From the NCBI GenBank assembly GCA_051530055.1, contig CM121342.1, positions 1,150,797 to 1,214,796 on the forward strand: a DNA stretch of 64,000 bases, written 5' to 3'. Shown piece after piece: positions 61,532-64,000 of this stretch. The notes under the pieces are model-generated. The model did not search any database, was not told the DNA's origin, and saw only the letters and a program-made list of their open reading frames with translations. The translations under genes and the position numbers were made by a program. This DNA is from Neoechinorhynchus agilis. Lineage: Eukaryota; Animalia; Acanthocephala. Numbering within the stretch: position 1 is the stretch's first letter; each line of letters starts with the position of its first letter.

Positions 61532-62699
61532 ACGGGTTATTAATTTTATATTTCATTATCGTGCAATCACAATTTCGATCTAAGCGAATGGTCAGCGAAT
61601 TCCGATGACGGTTCGAGAAACATTGGTCCCTGCATTATAATTAATTAATTTTTTCGTATTTTTCCATTTATACTTTTTTAATTTCATCTTATGCTCAATT
61701 TCACCATTAAGATCTACTAGATATATCAAACATGCGCAATTTCGTCCCTCAAAAGAGCACTTACTAATCGCTAGCTCCACTCGTGCAAAAATGTATTATC
61801 TATCCGCTTTATAAGAGAAAATGCGATTTACTTAAGTTCAATGTTCGCAAATAAGATACGTTCTGAGTTAGTGTAAAATAATTGTCCAAATGAGACTTGA
61901 AGATTCATCATATAGCATACTTGAATTTTTCAACTGGTCTTTTCACTTTTTCTACGCTAAAATATAAAGGAATTAAAAGTACTGCCTAAATATGCTGCCA
62001 GACTCTTTCTATTGATGGGCCGTTTTAATTGCATTTATGGTTTGGTATGAAATTGAATTACACGTAAATTTTACTATGCAACACTTTAAGTTCTTTCAAA
62101 TGTTCTGCTGCTTGCTCATTATATGGGGAAAATCGTGGTAATTCCAGCATCAATCAGTTCGGTCTTAGACATAATGATAAGCAGCATTAACGCTACGTGA
62201 CATATCAAATATCTTCAAATACGAAATATACCGGCGCAGTGAGGATAATTGCTGTCTTGTTCAAAGAAACATCGCGTCTGTCGCAAAATGTTTATAAAGC
62301 CAGTATTAGTGGGAGAAAACATTTTTATCCCCCGATCACTATAAGTGCCGATTTGGTTAGCGTTTTAGTTAGTTGGAATTCAAGATACGATTTCGTTACT
62401 TAGAAAACCATCCCGTAATCTGGGTTGAAACCCTCTCGTTAAATTCACACTTTTAGTTATTCTGTCATGACCTGAGGTTATACAGTATTTGGCGAAATTT
62501 GGATTTTAACTTTATCTTTTTCTAAACTTGCATTGTGTCTTATTCTGTCGTGACTTAGGATAATGCAGTATTTGCAGTAAATTAAACATCGAATTTTACG
62601 ATCTCTCCATAAACATCGAGTTGTAAAAGAAGTACTTGTTGTCACCTTTCCAGTTAAAACTCCTTTCTATGCGTTATAAATGAAAAATTGAATCTCAGA

Positions 62700-63730
62700 A
62701 TGGTTAGCGAAGCATTTACTAATTTTTTAACAACTTAGCTTATTATACAATTTCAGCATAGTTGGGTGCATAATTATCTATAAATTTCATAGTTTATAGT
62801 TAGTTGTATTTGGAGAAAAGGTCGAATTTTTAACTAAAGATATTGCTCACTATCTCAGTCGCAGAAAGAGAACTTTCGAATATAGGTGAAAGCGATTCGT
62901 CTAGCCATTCACAAAAAATAAGCGATAAAGAAACTGCTAAACATTGATGTAAAAGCCAACAACGTTCACTGAGAGATTAGCTCGACTTTCTGTCTAGCCT
63001 TGTCCATGAACTTTTCGATGTTAGCTTTATATAAAAATTCCCCCCCCCAGTAATGTTTGAGTCTTCGATACGGATAGTTTTATTTTGGCGACAATTGCTT
63101 CAACATCATTTGCAAATTTGATGTGTTCCACAGTACTTGTTACCCGTTCATTCTAGAATTCACGGATGTGATTCATAACACTTCAAACAGAAGGCTTTAT
63201 AACATAAGTCTTTTGCAAATCAGTTCCATCCAGACAATTGCAACGGTAACCTCTAAATACTTAGAGATAGAAATAGTGTAAGTCAATAAATCATGGAGAT
63301 TATGAACAGATAAGTAAACTGATCTTGATGCCTGTGATTTCATCCACAAAAATATACGCACATAATCTCTTCGTCTTATTGTACCCTGTGAAAGTTGTCA
63401 TCAATTTCGTGCCAGATACTAGATCCGCCTTCTCAAAATTCCATACACCTACTTTCTCATTTAGGTTTGACGATGGCTATTTGGCACGGTTATGAGCGGA
63501 AAAGCCCTTACGTCGATTCAAGAGCCTATTTAATTGGTGCATCATCAACAAATAAAACTAAATGGTAACTATGTACTTCATTAAATTTTAAATGGCACTC
63601 ACGAACCATTACCGTTTTCACGGCCTCAAATCCACCCTTTGTCTCATTAATGTCAAGCATAAGCAGGGTTTCGTCGAACCAAATACCGACTTGCTGCGAG
63701 AAAAACACATTATCCTATCTTACAAAAAAT
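62700..63730 (-). CDS. Unidentified multi-exon gene (fragments only)
   Basis: Several open segments bounded by GT/AG at ~30-50-nt spacing (QVGIWFDETLLML.., EKVGVWNFEKADL.., GYRCNCLDG.., ERVTSTVEHIKFAND..); no family recognised. Confidence 0.3.
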
Positions 63731-64000
63731 GAGACACCACTCATGTAACACTAATGTCTGAAAATTTCAATAAAGACATCTAATACTCTGTTTTCCCGTC
63801 TAAACATGATATCCTCCTTTTACTATGTTATATGTGCTTATTGTTGAACGCGATAGCCGTGAATGACCACTCGCCCAAGCAATGCATATTCTGAGGACCA
63901 CTGGCTGTCAGTCAAACATCGCAGCTTATGGAGGATATCTTGTTAATGCTCGAAAAACTACACCTCACGCTAGGTGAGCAAGCACACTTTTGAACATATC

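Noticed and set aside
1-64000. Intact tRNA, rRNA, snRNA genes or telomeric repeats
   Set aside because: No convincing cloverleaf with a B-box, rRNA/snRNA signature or telomere-like array was seen by eye.

Overview
AT-rich animal (metazoan) genomic DNA with compact genes and mostly ~40-50-nt GT-AG introns; the taxon cannot be fixed from sequence alone. Host genes: basigin-like Ig protein, B-type muscarinic acetylcholine receptor, USP32-like deubiquitinase (multi-exon, EF-hand/DUSP/UBL/USP), DDX56/DBP9 helicase, ALG12, a divergent PKA RII-like protein, a secreted Pro/Val-rich repeat protein, a small secreted peptide precursor, an R3H protein and a DUSP11/PIR1-like RNA phosphatase. They are interspersed with many decayed CRE-clade non-LTR retrotransposons, a degenerate LINE fragment and a Ty3/Gypsy relic. 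Most notable is a set of hammerhead-ribozyme (HHR) elements derived from Penelope-like retroelements (PLE), in two architectures. One is a 4.9-kb tandem array of ~725-bp units, each with an intact-looking minimal type I HHR and an ORF for only the PLE N-terminal domain, nested inside a CRE element. The other is a dispersed family of ~200-bp palindromes whose arms carry outward-facing HHR-like cores, two of them with 16-17-bp flanking direct repeats. Separately, the muscarinic receptor has a precise in-frame 42-nt hairpin insertion in TM3 that no GT/GC-AG intron can remove. All calls were made by eye without database searches or folding software.
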